From a virus: a stretch of DNA of 64,000 nt. Of this stretch, positions 26,734 to 35,826 are shown in pieces; the first letter of the stretch is position 1, and each line of letters begins with the position of its first letter. The notes under the pieces were generated by a model. That model was not told where the DNA came from and ran no database searches. It saw only the letters and a list, made by a program, of their open reading frames with translations. The DNA is taken from the IMG/VR virus record IMGVR_UViG_3300025132_000021, positions 64,001 through 128,000 of that record, one strand, 5' to 3'. Position numbers and translations under genes: made by a program.

Positions 26734-28245
26734 ATGACTGACTTTGAGGCCATGTCCGTTTATGATGCGGGCGAAGACGACATTCTGAACACATTGAGTA
26801 AGTTCAGTAGAGATTATCCTTCCATGAATTACTCAAAAGGTAGTATGGAATACTTGACTTACACCAGTGGTGCATCCAACAAGTTCCACAATTTCTTCCT
26901 TGCTCAAGACGGTTCAGGAAACTATTTCGCTTTCAATGGCTATGCTCGTATTGGGTATGGTCCAACTATCCATCGTATTGCAGGACCTACTTCTGAAGAA
27001 ATGGCTCGTGGTGCTATGCGTAAAAAGATGCGTCAAAAGGAACGCAAGGGCTATGTGAACCGCACTCGTGATTTCAAAAGTTCTATGCGTGCTGAATATG
27101 TAGTCACTGAATCTGGACTTCCAGTTATTCCTGATTCCTATGGCACAAACTCCGCTTTGGACTCTGGACAAGGAGTTCCAGTTTGGTATGGCTCTGCTGA
27201 AGGTGATGACAAGGCTAATTCCGCCCGTAAGTTAGTTGAAATGCTCGGTAATGGAAAGATTGAAGTTAATTCAATTGATAATTTCGTCCAAAACTTTACT
27301 CGTGATACTGATTTCCATGAACTTAGTGAAGATGAATTAGATATTATTTTCCGTGATGGTTCAATGGCAACTATGATTGCTGATAAAACAGCAGATGGTT
27401 ATGAAATCAGCACAGTAGTTGTGGCTTATGACTCCGAACACCACAAGGGACAAGGATACAACGATGAGATGGACGAATCTCTCGGTATGAGACACCGAGG
27501 CTCACACAGCCAAAGTTTCAAAGACCGCCGAGATGAAGCCTCGGCTATGGATAAGCGACACTCCAAAATGGGTCGTAAATATGATGATGTGATGGCTATG
27601 GACAGTGAACACCACAAAGGACAAGGATATAATGATGAAATGGATGAATCTCTCGGAATGCGCCATCGTGGTTCGCACTCCCAAAGTTTCAAAGACCGAA
27701 GAGATGAAGCATCTGCTATGGATAAGAAATATGGCATGATGCGTAAGTATGACGATGTAGCCGCTATGGATGCTGAAGACTATGTAGTTCTTGAATCTGG
27801 ATTACCAGTTATTCCTGATTCTTACGGAACAAACTCTGCTCTTGACTCTGGACAAGGTGTGCCAGTTTGGTATGGTTCTGCTGAAGGAGATTATGATTAC
27901 CAAAGCACTATGGGCGACATTGACTCTGCACCATTTACAGAAGGCACAGTCAATCCAATTACTTTTACTCGTTTGGGTGCTTATGATGTCCCAGTGATTG
28001 ACAATTCTGAAGGCCAAGATTCCGCTATTGGAGGTCGTGGTGTCCCAGAATGGTATGGAAGTGCAGAAGGAGATTACGAAACTTTTATGGACGACTTTGA
28101 CCGCACTGAATACGAATACAAAGATGTTGAACTTGTTAAGCCTTTCAAGACTGGATTTATGGGTGCATTAGGAGTTATCATGGCTCCAGTAGCCGTAACT
28201 TTTGGTGCAGCACTTTTGGGAATGTTTTTGAACCGTGGTGAATAA
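26734..28245 (+). CDS. membrane-anchored polyprotein-like protein with WGR-like domain and peptide repeats
   Basis: P-I at 26705 (29 nt); SNKF..YARIG..KKMRQKERKGY; C-terminal TM. Confidence 0.75.
   Translation: MTDFEAMSVYDAGEDDILNTLSKFSRDYPSMNYSKGSMEYLTYTSGASNKFHNFFLAQDGSGNYFAFNGYARIGYGPTIHRIAGPTSEEMARGAMRKKMRQKERKGYVNRTRDFKSSMRAEYVVTESGLPVIPDSYGTNSALDSGQGVPVWYGSAEGDDKANSARKLVEMLGNGKIEVNSIDNFVQNFTRDTDFHELSEDELDIIFRDGSMATMIADKTADGYEISTVVVAYDSEHHKGQGYNDEMDESLGMRHRGSHSQSFKDRRDEASAMDKRHSKMGRKYDDVMAMDSEHHKGQGYNDEMDESLGMRHRGSHSQSFKDRRDEASAMDKKYGMMRKYDDVAAMDAEDYVVLESGLPVIPDSYGTNSALDSGQGVPVWYGSAEGDYDYQSTMGDIDSAPFTEGTVNPITFTRLGAYDVPVIDNSEGQDSAIGGRGVPEWYGSAEGDYETFMDDFDRTEYEYKDVELVKPFKTGFMGALGVIMAPVAVTFGAALLGMFLNRGE
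27430..27768 (+). repeat. tandem 57/56-aa repeat DSEHHKGQGYNDEMDESLGMRHRGSHSQSFKDRRDEASAMDK...
   Basis: Two near-identical protein copies with synonymous DNA divergence. Confidence 0.9.
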
Positions 28246-28247
28246 GT

Positions 28248-28601
28248 ATGAAAACAGGAAACTTTTTGGCTATTGGTCTGGCAATTGCTGGAGTCATAGT
28301 TGTTTTTCAAGGAATGAAAAATAAAGAAACCAAAGAGGCTCATGTTTCTCCATCTCAAGAACAATTCGTAGCACGCAACTGGGGAACAGTAGAGCGTGTT
28401 TCTACTGAACGCAACATTTTGGGAGGACAAGCCGTAGGACAAACTTTGAACTATAATGGCATGGGTATCACTCCTGCTGGGCTACAATCCTCAAATGGTA
28501 TTGGACAAGTTTTAGATTTGAATGTTTATGCAGCAACTATGCGTAGCACTGACCCTATCTGGGGACAGAACTACCCGGGTCGTGCTATTGGACAAGAGTA
28601 A
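28248..28601 (+). CDS. N-terminal TM protein
   Basis: GGTGA SD; hydrophobic N-terminus. Confidence 0.7.
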   Translation: MKTGNFLAIGLAIAGVIVVFQGMKNKETKEAHVSPSQEQFVARNWGTVERVSTERNILGGQAVGQTLNYNGMGITPAGLQSSNGIGQVLDLNVYAATMRSTDPIWGQNYPGRAIGQE

Positions 28602-28644
28602 TCTTTAAGTAGTTGGGCAACGCCATAATACTTGGAGATAGATT

Positions 28645-29178
28645 ATGCTGGATTTTGCAGAACTTCGCAACCGTATTCTTTTGGGAGAAGATGAAGTCTC
28701 CGAAGATGTTAAAGAATCTCCAATAACTCAAGAGTTTCTCCGCCCTGCTACTGGTTTTCCAATTTTGTTTGGTGGACTTTCAGTTGCCTTTGTTATTGCC
28801 GATAAACTCAAGTTAGAAATCTTAGCCGAAGATGGTGAATACAACTATCGTCCTTTGATTCTTTCTATCTTTGGATTATTCCCATTGGGCTTTGGTCTGG
28901 GAGAACTATTCCGTGGACTCTCGGCTCAAAAACAATTTGAACGCTATGAACGCTTAGTCGTGGCTGCTGAATCCGAAGTTGAACGCCTTACCGAAGAAGA
29001 GGAAGAACAAGCAGAACAAGACAATGCTAACGAAGGCAACACCTACGAAGCCGAAAGTTTCTTTAATTTAGACCCAATTGCAGGAGTAGAAGGCGTATTT
29101 TCAGGACCTTTAGTGGGTCAGACTTCTCCTACTATGGGGCGAAGACCTTCGTATGAAGCACAGACCTTTGGATGGTAA
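28645..29178 (+). CDS. 2-TM membrane protein with coiled coil
   Basis: P-I at 28605 (40 nt) plus GGAGA SD; YEAE, YEAQ. Confidence 0.7.
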   Translation: MLDFAELRNRILLGEDEVSEDVKESPITQEFLRPATGFPILFGGLSVAFVIADKLKLEILAEDGEYNYRPLILSIFGLFPLGFGLGELFRGLSAQKQFERYERLVVAAESEVERLTEEEEEQAEQDNANEGNTYEAESFFNLDPIAGVEGVFSGPLVGQTSPTMGRRPSYEAQTFGW

Positions 29179-29210
29179 GTATTAAGTAGTCGTAAGTAAT
29201 AGGTGATAAT

Positions 29211-30011
29211 ATGGAAAAGTTCTATTGTGTCGGTTGTAAAAATCACTACGAACTGGAGGTTGTAGAAGCCGTAGAGAAACCTTCAAAGGGAGGTAGCATT
29301 CGTTATTCTTTGGTTTCACGCTGTCCGAAAGGGCATAAAACTACTAAAATCTGCAAGCGAGAGGTTTATGATTCCTATTCTTCTATGGAGGCTGAAACTA
29401 TTGATACCACACCAGTTGAGGCTCCTGCCTCTGAACCTGAAGGTTCAGAACCAACCCCTGCGGGTCCTTCCGCCGTTCCTGCGGTTGATGACCCACGATT
29501 AGAAGTTCCCAAGGCTTTCTGTGCAGAACACAATGAAAGTTTTGAGGCTTGCGGTTGTTCCAGCAAAGATGCTGAAACCATTGTTGGCACAATGACTCCC
29601 GGTGTTAATCTTGAAGCCCTAACTCCTTTGGAGGGTGGCTTAGAAAACGGCGACGGAGAGCCATTAGTTCCTGCTGATGACTTCCTTCCAGAAGGCTCTG
29701 GTCGTGTGATTGGTTCACAATCTACCAGTCATAATTACACACCTATGCACGCTGAAGATGTAGGCGATGACGAAGATGTTTGCGACTCTTGTGGAATTGT
29801 TTGTGGATTAGATGAAATGGTTTATTTCGTAGATGAAGATGACGCTGTTCATCAGAGTGCTTGTTCTGCTTGCTTTGATTCTGAAGAAGTAGAAATGATT
29901 TATGTTGGTGAACCTCGTTCATGGGCAGACAGAAACCGTGCTAAACTTGCTACTGCGGCGGCTGCATTAGCACTTGGTATCCTTTATTTCAATTCCCAGA
30001 AAAAAGAGTAA
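29211..30011 (+). CDS. Zn-ribbon protein with acidic modules and C-terminal TM
   Basis: P-I at 29182 (29 nt); YCVGCK..CPKGH; MEAE, KDAE, MHAE. Confidence 0.7.
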   Translation: MEKFYCVGCKNHYELEVVEAVEKPSKGGSIRYSLVSRCPKGHKTTKICKREVYDSYSSMEAETIDTTPVEAPASEPEGSEPTPAGPSAVPAVDDPRLEVPKAFCAEHNESFEACGCSSKDAETIVGTMTPGVNLEALTPLEGGLENGDGEPLVPADDFLPEGSGRVIGSQSTSHNYTPMHAEDVGDDEDVCDSCGIVCGLDEMVYFVDEDDAVHQSACSACFDSEEVEMIYVGEPRSWADRNRAKLATAAAALALGILYFNSQKKE

Positions 30012-30043
30012 TCTTTAAGTATCAAGATGACTAAATCTTAGTC

Positions 30044-30613
30044 ATGGCAGGATACAATATCTCGTGCGACCCCGGTGATTTATACTCTCGTAAGTGTTAT
30101 GTCGTTACCTCATCAGGTGATAGACAAGAAATTATTGGCTATGACCAGCAAGGCAACCCTATTTCTAAAGCACCTACAACTGCGGCAGGAACAGCGTGGC
30201 AACCCAGCATCACAGTTTTAGATGATTCTGGAAATGCTTATCAACCTTATGGCAGCGCAGGACTACCATTTACTATGAGTGGAATCTCTGGTGTCGGAGG
30301 CATTATGCCCTCATCTGGTGCAGACCCACAAGATTGGAAGTATATTACTGAATCCGCACCCGGTTCACAAGCCCGAAAGATGTATCAAGAGCGCACCTGC
30401 AATCCGCTTTGGCCTACCTTTGGATGTAAAACTTCTAAGAATATCAATCCCACAGGCGTTACCACAGCCCCAACTGATGGCAACCCTCCTGCTGCTTCTG
30501 AAGCATGGTATAACAAGTATTTTGGTTGGTTTAATGCAGAAGAAGATAACTATGCAGACAAAACCACAGATTCTAAGATTTTGACATGGTGTAAAAGTTT
30601 ATTCGGTCAGTGA
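30044..30613 (+). CDS. hypothetical protein
   Basis: P-I at 30015 (29 nt); FNAE. Confidence 0.7.
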   Translation: MAGYNISCDPGDLYSRKCYVVTSSGDRQEIIGYDQQGNPISKAPTTAAGTAWQPSITVLDDSGNAYQPYGSAGLPFTMSGISGVGGIMPSSGADPQDWKYITESAPGSQARKMYQERTCNPLWPTFGCKTSKNINPTGVTTAPTDGNPPAASEAWYNKYFGWFNAEEDNYADKTTDSKILTWCKSLFGQ

Positions 30614-30617
30614 TATT

Positions 30618-30923
30618 ATGACAGACCACGAAAAGAGTCGTATTGAAGAAGAGTTTGCTTCTAAGCAAAAGGCTCAAGAAATTGCGGCTCGTCAAGCATG
30701 GCGAGGACTTTTAGTTCCTGCTGTCGGTTCAGCAGCGTTTTTTGCGTCAGCCGTTGTTGGTTTTATTCGCACCTATCGTAAATATGGATTTCCACACGAT
30801 GCTTTCAAACCATTTGATTATGCTCTAATGGGTATTCCGTTTGTGATTATCGGCATGGCATTCTTCTATCAGTCTGAAGAAGCCGAGTTGGAAAGCAACG
30901 GAGGCAGTTCAAGTGCCGTTTAA
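30618..30923 (+). CDS. small 2-TM membrane protein
   Basis: Two hydrophobic helices. Confidence 0.65.
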   Translation: MTDHEKSRIEEEFASKQKAQEIAARQAWRGLLVPAVGSAAFFASAVVGFIRTYRKYGFPHDAFKPFDYALMGIPFVIIGMAFFYQSEEAELESNGGSSSAV

Positions 30924-32364
30924 GTCCCGAAAACAGCAAGACTTCTTGCGAATCAATGAACCTGAAATCTATGATAGATGGATGCGTCTTTATGGACCTT
31001 ATGAAGCCGACTCTGAATCTTGGCAAGGCATTTCTTTAGCAGGTAAAGTAGATGAAATCTCTGAAATGTTAGGAACTCGTAAGAAAAAAGCCGAAGGTGA
31101 CCCAAGTTGGATGAAAAATCCTGAAGAGAAAAGAAAAGTTTTCTTAAAACTTCAGAAACAAGATGGAGTCCCTCGTATTTGTGAAGTCTGCGAAGATGCC
31201 TACACAGGTTTGTATTACTACACAGAAGATAACGAAACTTTTGTAGTTTGTCGCCCGTGTGTTCAACAAGGAGAACAAGATTGGTCAGAACTATTTGGTG
31301 TTAAACCAGATTGGACAGGTGAACGAGGAGGTCGCACTCGTAATTTAGTAATGCGTAGTGATTATGATTATGTGCCTAAAGCAGATTGTTCTAATTGTGG
31401 AAAACCTGCTGACTTTGCAGTTTATTCTTTGCCCGTTGGTAGCCGATATTTCTGTCAAGAACGCTGTTATTCTGATTATGTAGGATTGCCACCAGAGCCA
31501 GAAGGTTATTATGGCTACACAGCCGAAGATGAACCCGAATGGGTAGTATCTTCTGAAGATATTCAAATCGGAGATAAAGTTAGAAGTTATGATTTTTGTT
31601 TTGGAGGTAAAACTTTACAACTTGATTCTTATGTAGAAGGATATGTTTTACAAATTGCCCCTGTTGAATGGTGTTCACCAACTTGTAATCATTATCATAT
31701 TCGCACCACTGCTCGCCTAATGGGTGGAAAAGTGCAAGAAGATTACGAAGATTATTACTTTCCAGTAGCCGATGCGAACCAAACCGTAGTTAGGCGTTTG
31801 CGAAGTATGAATGCTGAAGATACTCCAAAGCGTATATTTAGCCTAAGTAATCTATGTTGCTCTCGCTGTGGTAGGTATAGTTTTTGTAAAGAAACTTTCA
31901 AATGCTTGCGAGAAGATTGTGACTATGAAGAAGAACCAAGAGAAAGAGTAAGTAATGTGATTACTCTCAAAGGTAAAGTAGTAGATAAAGGACATGGAAC
32001 TATCACAGGATTTGAAGAAAATGATTTATGGGATGTCCATGATTCTGAAAATTGGGGTGGAGACCCAGAAGGACAATTAGCGAAAGCATTGGCTAAGGCT
32101 CGTGAAGATTCTAAAAAGCCTCGTCGTCCATTAAAAATAACTAAACTTCCGCACCGAGACCAAAAAACTTTGAAAGATTTTGAAGCCGAGACTGAAAAAG
32201 AAGTGGCTTTTGAAATGACTCGTAAAGATATTGCTTTAGTAAGTTTTGGTGCTATTCTGGGTGTGATTTCAGGAGTTGTTGGAGAAGTTTTAGCAGAGTT
32301 TTGGTTAGACCGCTACCGCAGAGACCCAGAATTAGTAGTTAGTGAAGAAAAACAGAACGCTTAA
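30913..32364 (+). CDS. multi-module Zn-finger/SH3-like protein with C-terminal TM
   Basis: GTG start with GGAGG SD; CxxC pairs; YEAD, YTAE, MNAE, FEAE between modules. Confidence 0.7.
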   Translation: MPFKSRKQQDFLRINEPEIYDRWMRLYGPYEADSESWQGISLAGKVDEISEMLGTRKKKAEGDPSWMKNPEEKRKVFLKLQKQDGVPRICEVCEDAYTGLYYYTEDNETFVVCRPCVQQGEQDWSELFGVKPDWTGERGGRTRNLVMRSDYDYVPKADCSNCGKPADFAVYSLPVGSRYFCQERCYSDYVGLPPEPEGYYGYTAEDEPEWVVSSEDIQIGDKVRSYDFCFGGKTLQLDSYVEGYVLQIAPVEWCSPTCNHYHIRTTARLMGGKVQEDYEDYYFPVADANQTVVRRLRSMNAEDTPKRIFSLSNLCCSRCGRYSFCKETFKCLREDCDYEEEPRERVSNVITLKGKVVDKGHGTITGFEENDLWDVHDSENWGGDPEGQLAKALAKAREDSKKPRRPLKITKLPHRDQKTLKDFEAETEKEVAFEMTRKDIALVSFGAILGVISGVVGEVLAEFWLDRYRRDPELVVSEEKQNA

Positions 32365-32389
32365 GTAGGTGCGTGCTTTTATTCTGCTT

Positions 32390-32860
32390 ATGGATGCCGA
32401 TAGTTTCTGGAAGGGTTATTTGATGGCTCGTCGGGAAAGATTTGCACAAGAAAAGCGTGCTTTAATTGGTGGCGAATACAATTCTAATACCAAGTATTGG
32501 GATGGCATGATTGAACAAGAATGGCTTATTTTCAAAGATAGATTGTCTACGGGGTTTGATGTTTCCAAAGATGTTAAAGCCCAATTAGGATTAGATTTTT
32601 TCACTCTTGATGAAATCCACTCACCTGTCTCTGGAACTTACACTTTAGAATCAGGTGAAACTTTGCCGTTTTATGCTTATGAAGATTATGTGATGTTAAG
32701 TAATCAAGGTATTTTCCGAGAAGAAGATTTTATTTTAGACCGTGAACGCCGTTGGCAACCCAAAGTTGAAAAACTTTTAGCCAAGTCAGGTTATCAACGA
32801 GTAGATGTTATTTGGGACGGAGGTGTGTCGTATCTTAGATTCTGCAAAAGAACAGACTAA
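32390..32860 (+). CDS. hypothetical protein
   Basis: P-I at 32361 puts the start at ATG 32390. Confidence 0.65.
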   Translation: MDADSFWKGYLMARRERFAQEKRALIGGEYNSNTKYWDGMIEQEWLIFKDRLSTGFDVSKDVKAQLGLDFFTLDEIHSPVSGTYTLESGETLPFYAYEDYVMLSNQGIFREEDFILDRERRWQPKVEKLLAKSGYQRVDVIWDGGVSYLRFCKRTD

Positions 32861-33359
32861 ATGGGAAAAAGTTTCTGAACAAGAGTTCATCACTGTTCGG
32901 ATTATGATTAAGATTATTGTTTCTTTATCATTAGTGATTCAGATTCCATTTATTGCTATGGCCGAAATGTGGAATGTAGCACCCTTTAGTTTTGAATGGT
33001 GGATGATGCAATTTTTCGGATTTGTTATGGCAACCAACTTGGGTGCTGTGATTTTGGCTATGATTGCTCAAGATTCTGCTACTAAAATTGGGGCGATACA
33101 ATCTACTGCATTTACGGCTGAGTTTATGGAAGGTGTAGAAACTTTAACTAAAATAATGACTGTTTTTAATGAAACTGCGTCCGAAGAAAATGAATCTTTA
33201 GATGCTCAAATTGAAGAGTTTGCACCCGCATTCTACCGATTGGGACTACAATACTTGCGAACTCATGCCCTTCCTTCGGAAGAACCACCCACTCTTGATG
33301 AGTTGGGTATCGCCGCCGCCGATTTCCAGTGTGAAGATGAAGAACTCTTTGAAGCATAA
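32805..33359 (+). CDS. 2-TM membrane protein (start uncertain)
   Basis: Two hydrophobic helices, acidic tail. Confidence 0.6.
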   Translation: MLFGTEVCRILDSAKEQTKWEKVSEQEFITVRIMIKIIVSLSLVIQIPFIAMAEMWNVAPFSFEWWMMQFFGFVMATNLGAVILAMIAQDSATKIGAIQSTAFTAEFMEGVETLTKIMTVFNETASEENESLDAQIEEFAPAFYRLGLQYLRTHALPSEEPPTLDELGIAAADFQCEDEELFEA

Positions 33360-33402
33360 TGCCATAACACTTAAATAGTAAAAACCCACAAAAAGGAGTA
33401 AT

Positions 33403-33771
33403 ATGAACCGTCTTGTTAATTGGTATTTTTACATAGTCATCTTGTTATTATCTTCATGTGTCTATTACACTTATTTGGTAATGCAAGTAGGTTCTATGAA
33501 TCCCCAAGTAATACGAGCCGAAATACTTAAAGATAGCACTTCATTAGGCGCATGGGCATTTTTGTTAGATATTATCTTTTTGTTTTTGATTGGAGTATTC
33601 ATTAAAAAACGCATGGTAAAAAGAAAAGAAACTAAATGGATGTCGGCGTTTGACGGACAATCTCAACTTATTATGGACTTAGAACCACTTCCAGTCCCGC
33701 ATTTACCTCCACCACCTCCCACACCAGAACAAATGGAATTGTTAGGCATACTTAAAGATGAGAACCTTTAA
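33403..33771 (+). CDS. 2-TM membrane protein with Pro-rich tail
   Basis: TTAAATA box at 33371 and AGGAG SD. Confidence 0.65.
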   Translation: MNRLVNWYFYIVILLLSSCVYYTYLVMQVGSMNPQVIRAEILKDSTSLGAWAFLLDIIFLFLIGVFIKKRMVKRKETKWMSAFDGQSQLIMDLEPLPVPHLPPPPPTPEQMELLGILKDENL

Positions 33772-33796
33772 GTATCAGAACCAACCTATCTGAAGT

Positions 33797-34276
33797 ATGG
33801 CAAATCAAGACCCTCAACCAGAAGTCTACACAACCAGTCACCAATTCGCTGGTGCTGCTCTATCTGGAACTTCAAATGTAATCTCAATTTTTACCAACCA
33901 AGCAAACAACGAAGAAGTCCGTTTGTATGCTATTGGAATTGAAATGTTGGATGCTACCACTGGTTCGCCTTTAGCGGCAGACCTTGATTATTCCGTATCT
34001 ATTCAAGTAGGTCCAAACAATGTTCCTTCTAACGCTTTCAGCGCAGGATTTATCAACAGCAAGAACGACCGCACTTTGGCTTTTAGTAGCCCAATTCTTT
34101 GTTTGTTCCAGCAACCACTTCAAGTAACCGTTACTACCAACCAAGCCGTTGCAGCCAACGGAAGCATTATCAAAGTAACACTCATTGGAGAACTTGCTAT
34201 CCAAAAGATTGCAGTTCACGCTGGCAACTGGGAACATCAGATGAACTCTATGGGACCACAATCTCGCCAACGCTAA
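33797..34276 (+). CDS. putative minor capsid/penton protein (jelly-roll-like)
   Basis: P-I at 33768 (29 nt); all-beta pattern (VRLYAIGIE, YSVSIQVG, PLQVTVT, IKVTLIGE). Confidence 0.45.
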   Translation: MANQDPQPEVYTTSHQFAGAALSGTSNVISIFTNQANNEEVRLYAIGIEMLDATTGSPLAADLDYSVSIQVGPNNVPSNAFSAGFINSKNDRTLAFSSPILCLFQQPLQVTVTTNQAVAANGSIIKVTLIGELAIQKIAVHAGNWEHQMNSMGPQSRQR

Positions 34277-34319
34277 GTAGATGGAATGCTTTAAGTAGCA
34301 GACCCGTCATATTACGACT

Positions 34320-35027
34320 ATGAGCATTCGTCGTCAAGCCTATGAGTGGCGAAACATTGTTCAGGGTTCTACTGCTATTGTCAGTAATTCTGGACATCCT
34401 ATTTTGAATTACGCTGGTGATACCTCCGTAATAGGCAGAGCAATTGAGATTCCGCCATTCGTTCCTTATGATATTATGGTCGGAGGCATCGGAAACAACT
34501 TAGAAGAACCAGCCATGCTTAGAGCGCATCAATTGATTGTAATAGACCACATGGGTAGTTATCCTGCTTCAGCAGGTCTAAACATTCGTATTGGCACAAC
34601 TCGTTATTTTCAAAATCCAGACGGTATTCCTGATATTGGAATGCCCTCATCGGCTATGCCTTTTCAACCAATTACTATTTCGGTTGGTGAATCCAAGTTA
34701 GGATTTTTTGAAGAAATCACTCCTCCTGTCTATGTCTTACCCGGTCAAACATGGGGTATTGAGTTCACTTCTTTTGAAACTTTGAACTCTGGAAGTCCAG
34801 TTCCTACATCAGACACCCAAATTGCCAGAGCCTATGTGCGTTATTTACTGATTGATGGTCCTGACCAACTAATTGCTATGAAACTTTTACAACAAAACAT
34901 TCCTATCAGTCCAGAAAACATTCAGTGGTATAAGCAAAACTTAATTCGCAACCGACTTCGTGCTGATTTGGGAATGGAAGAAATGCTGGAAGAACGCCTC
35001 CGTGATAAAGAAAGGAGGTTGATTTGA
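34320..35027 (+). CDS. capsid protein paralog C
   Basis: P-I at 34291; QAYEW, VYVLPGQTW, YLLIDGPDQLIAMKLL, IQWYK shared with A/B. Confidence 0.6.
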   Translation: MSIRRQAYEWRNIVQGSTAIVSNSGHPILNYAGDTSVIGRAIEIPPFVPYDIMVGGIGNNLEEPAMLRAHQLIVIDHMGSYPASAGLNIRIGTTRYFQNPDGIPDIGMPSSAMPFQPITISVGESKLGFFEEITPPVYVLPGQTWGIEFTSFETLNSGSPVPTSDTQIARAYVRYLLIDGPDQLIAMKLLQQNIPISPENIQWYKQNLIRNRLRADLGMEEMLEERLRDKERRLI

Positions 35028-35794
35028 TGGCAATTACTTATCAAAACTATGAATGGACACTGGCAGGCCAAAGTTCTACGGGAGCAGCCAGACCCTCGGA
35101 TTTTCCACCTGCTGGTGTAGAAACTTCTATCTTTGTAGGTGGTTTTGGAAATAACATTGAGATTCCACCATTTGTCAATGAAGACCAATTTGTAGTAATT
35201 GAAAAGTTTGGTAGCACAGGAGGTGTATTAGCAAATATCCGAGTAACAGGAGATGGAACACATAGATTAACAAACTTTGTTCCCAATGGTTTCATTCAAA
35301 TTGTTATCAATTCAACTGGATATTATCAAGACCCACAAAACACATGGCAACATGGAATTAGTGGTGATGCAGCCCCTTATCCATTCGGAACTACTGATAT
35401 TCCACCCAGTTATGTGTTAGACCCTCCTGTTTATGTGCTTCCAGAGCAAACATGGGATATTCGCTACACCATGATGAATAATCTACCAGAGTTTATTCAA
35501 GCATACAATGTAACTAACACGCCAAATACTCTTAAGATTCCTCCAACCACTCAAATTGCCAAATGTCATGTGCAATATCATTTATTTGATGGACCAGATG
35601 CTTTAATTTGTCATCAACTTTTAGAATTGGGTATTCCTATCAATGTCGCTACGGTAGAGTGGTATCGTAGAATCTTGCTTAAAAGTCGTGGTTTGGACAC
35701 ATCTACATGGGAACATTACTTGGAAGTTTCTCAAGCCTTCCGAGACAAAGAAAAAAAGTATGAAGAACTCTATGGTCGCCAAAGAAAGGCATAA
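35027..35794 (+). CDS. capsid protein paralog D
   Basis: GGAGG SD, TGATG overlap; QNYEW, VYVLPEQTWDI, DGPDALICHQLLELG, VEWYRR. Confidence 0.6.
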   Translation: MAITYQNYEWTLAGQSSTGAARPSDFPPAGVETSIFVGGFGNNIEIPPFVNEDQFVVIEKFGSTGGVLANIRVTGDGTHRLTNFVPNGFIQIVINSTGYYQDPQNTWQHGISGDAAPYPFGTTDIPPSYVLDPPVYVLPEQTWDIRYTMMNNLPEFIQAYNVTNTPNTLKIPPTTQIAKCHVQYHLFDGPDALICHQLLELGIPINVATVEWYRRILLKSRGLDTSTWEHYLEVSQAFRDKEKKYEELYGRQRKA

Positions 35795-35826
35795 ACTTTA
35801 AGTAGTCGGAGGAGGTAAGGATAAGT

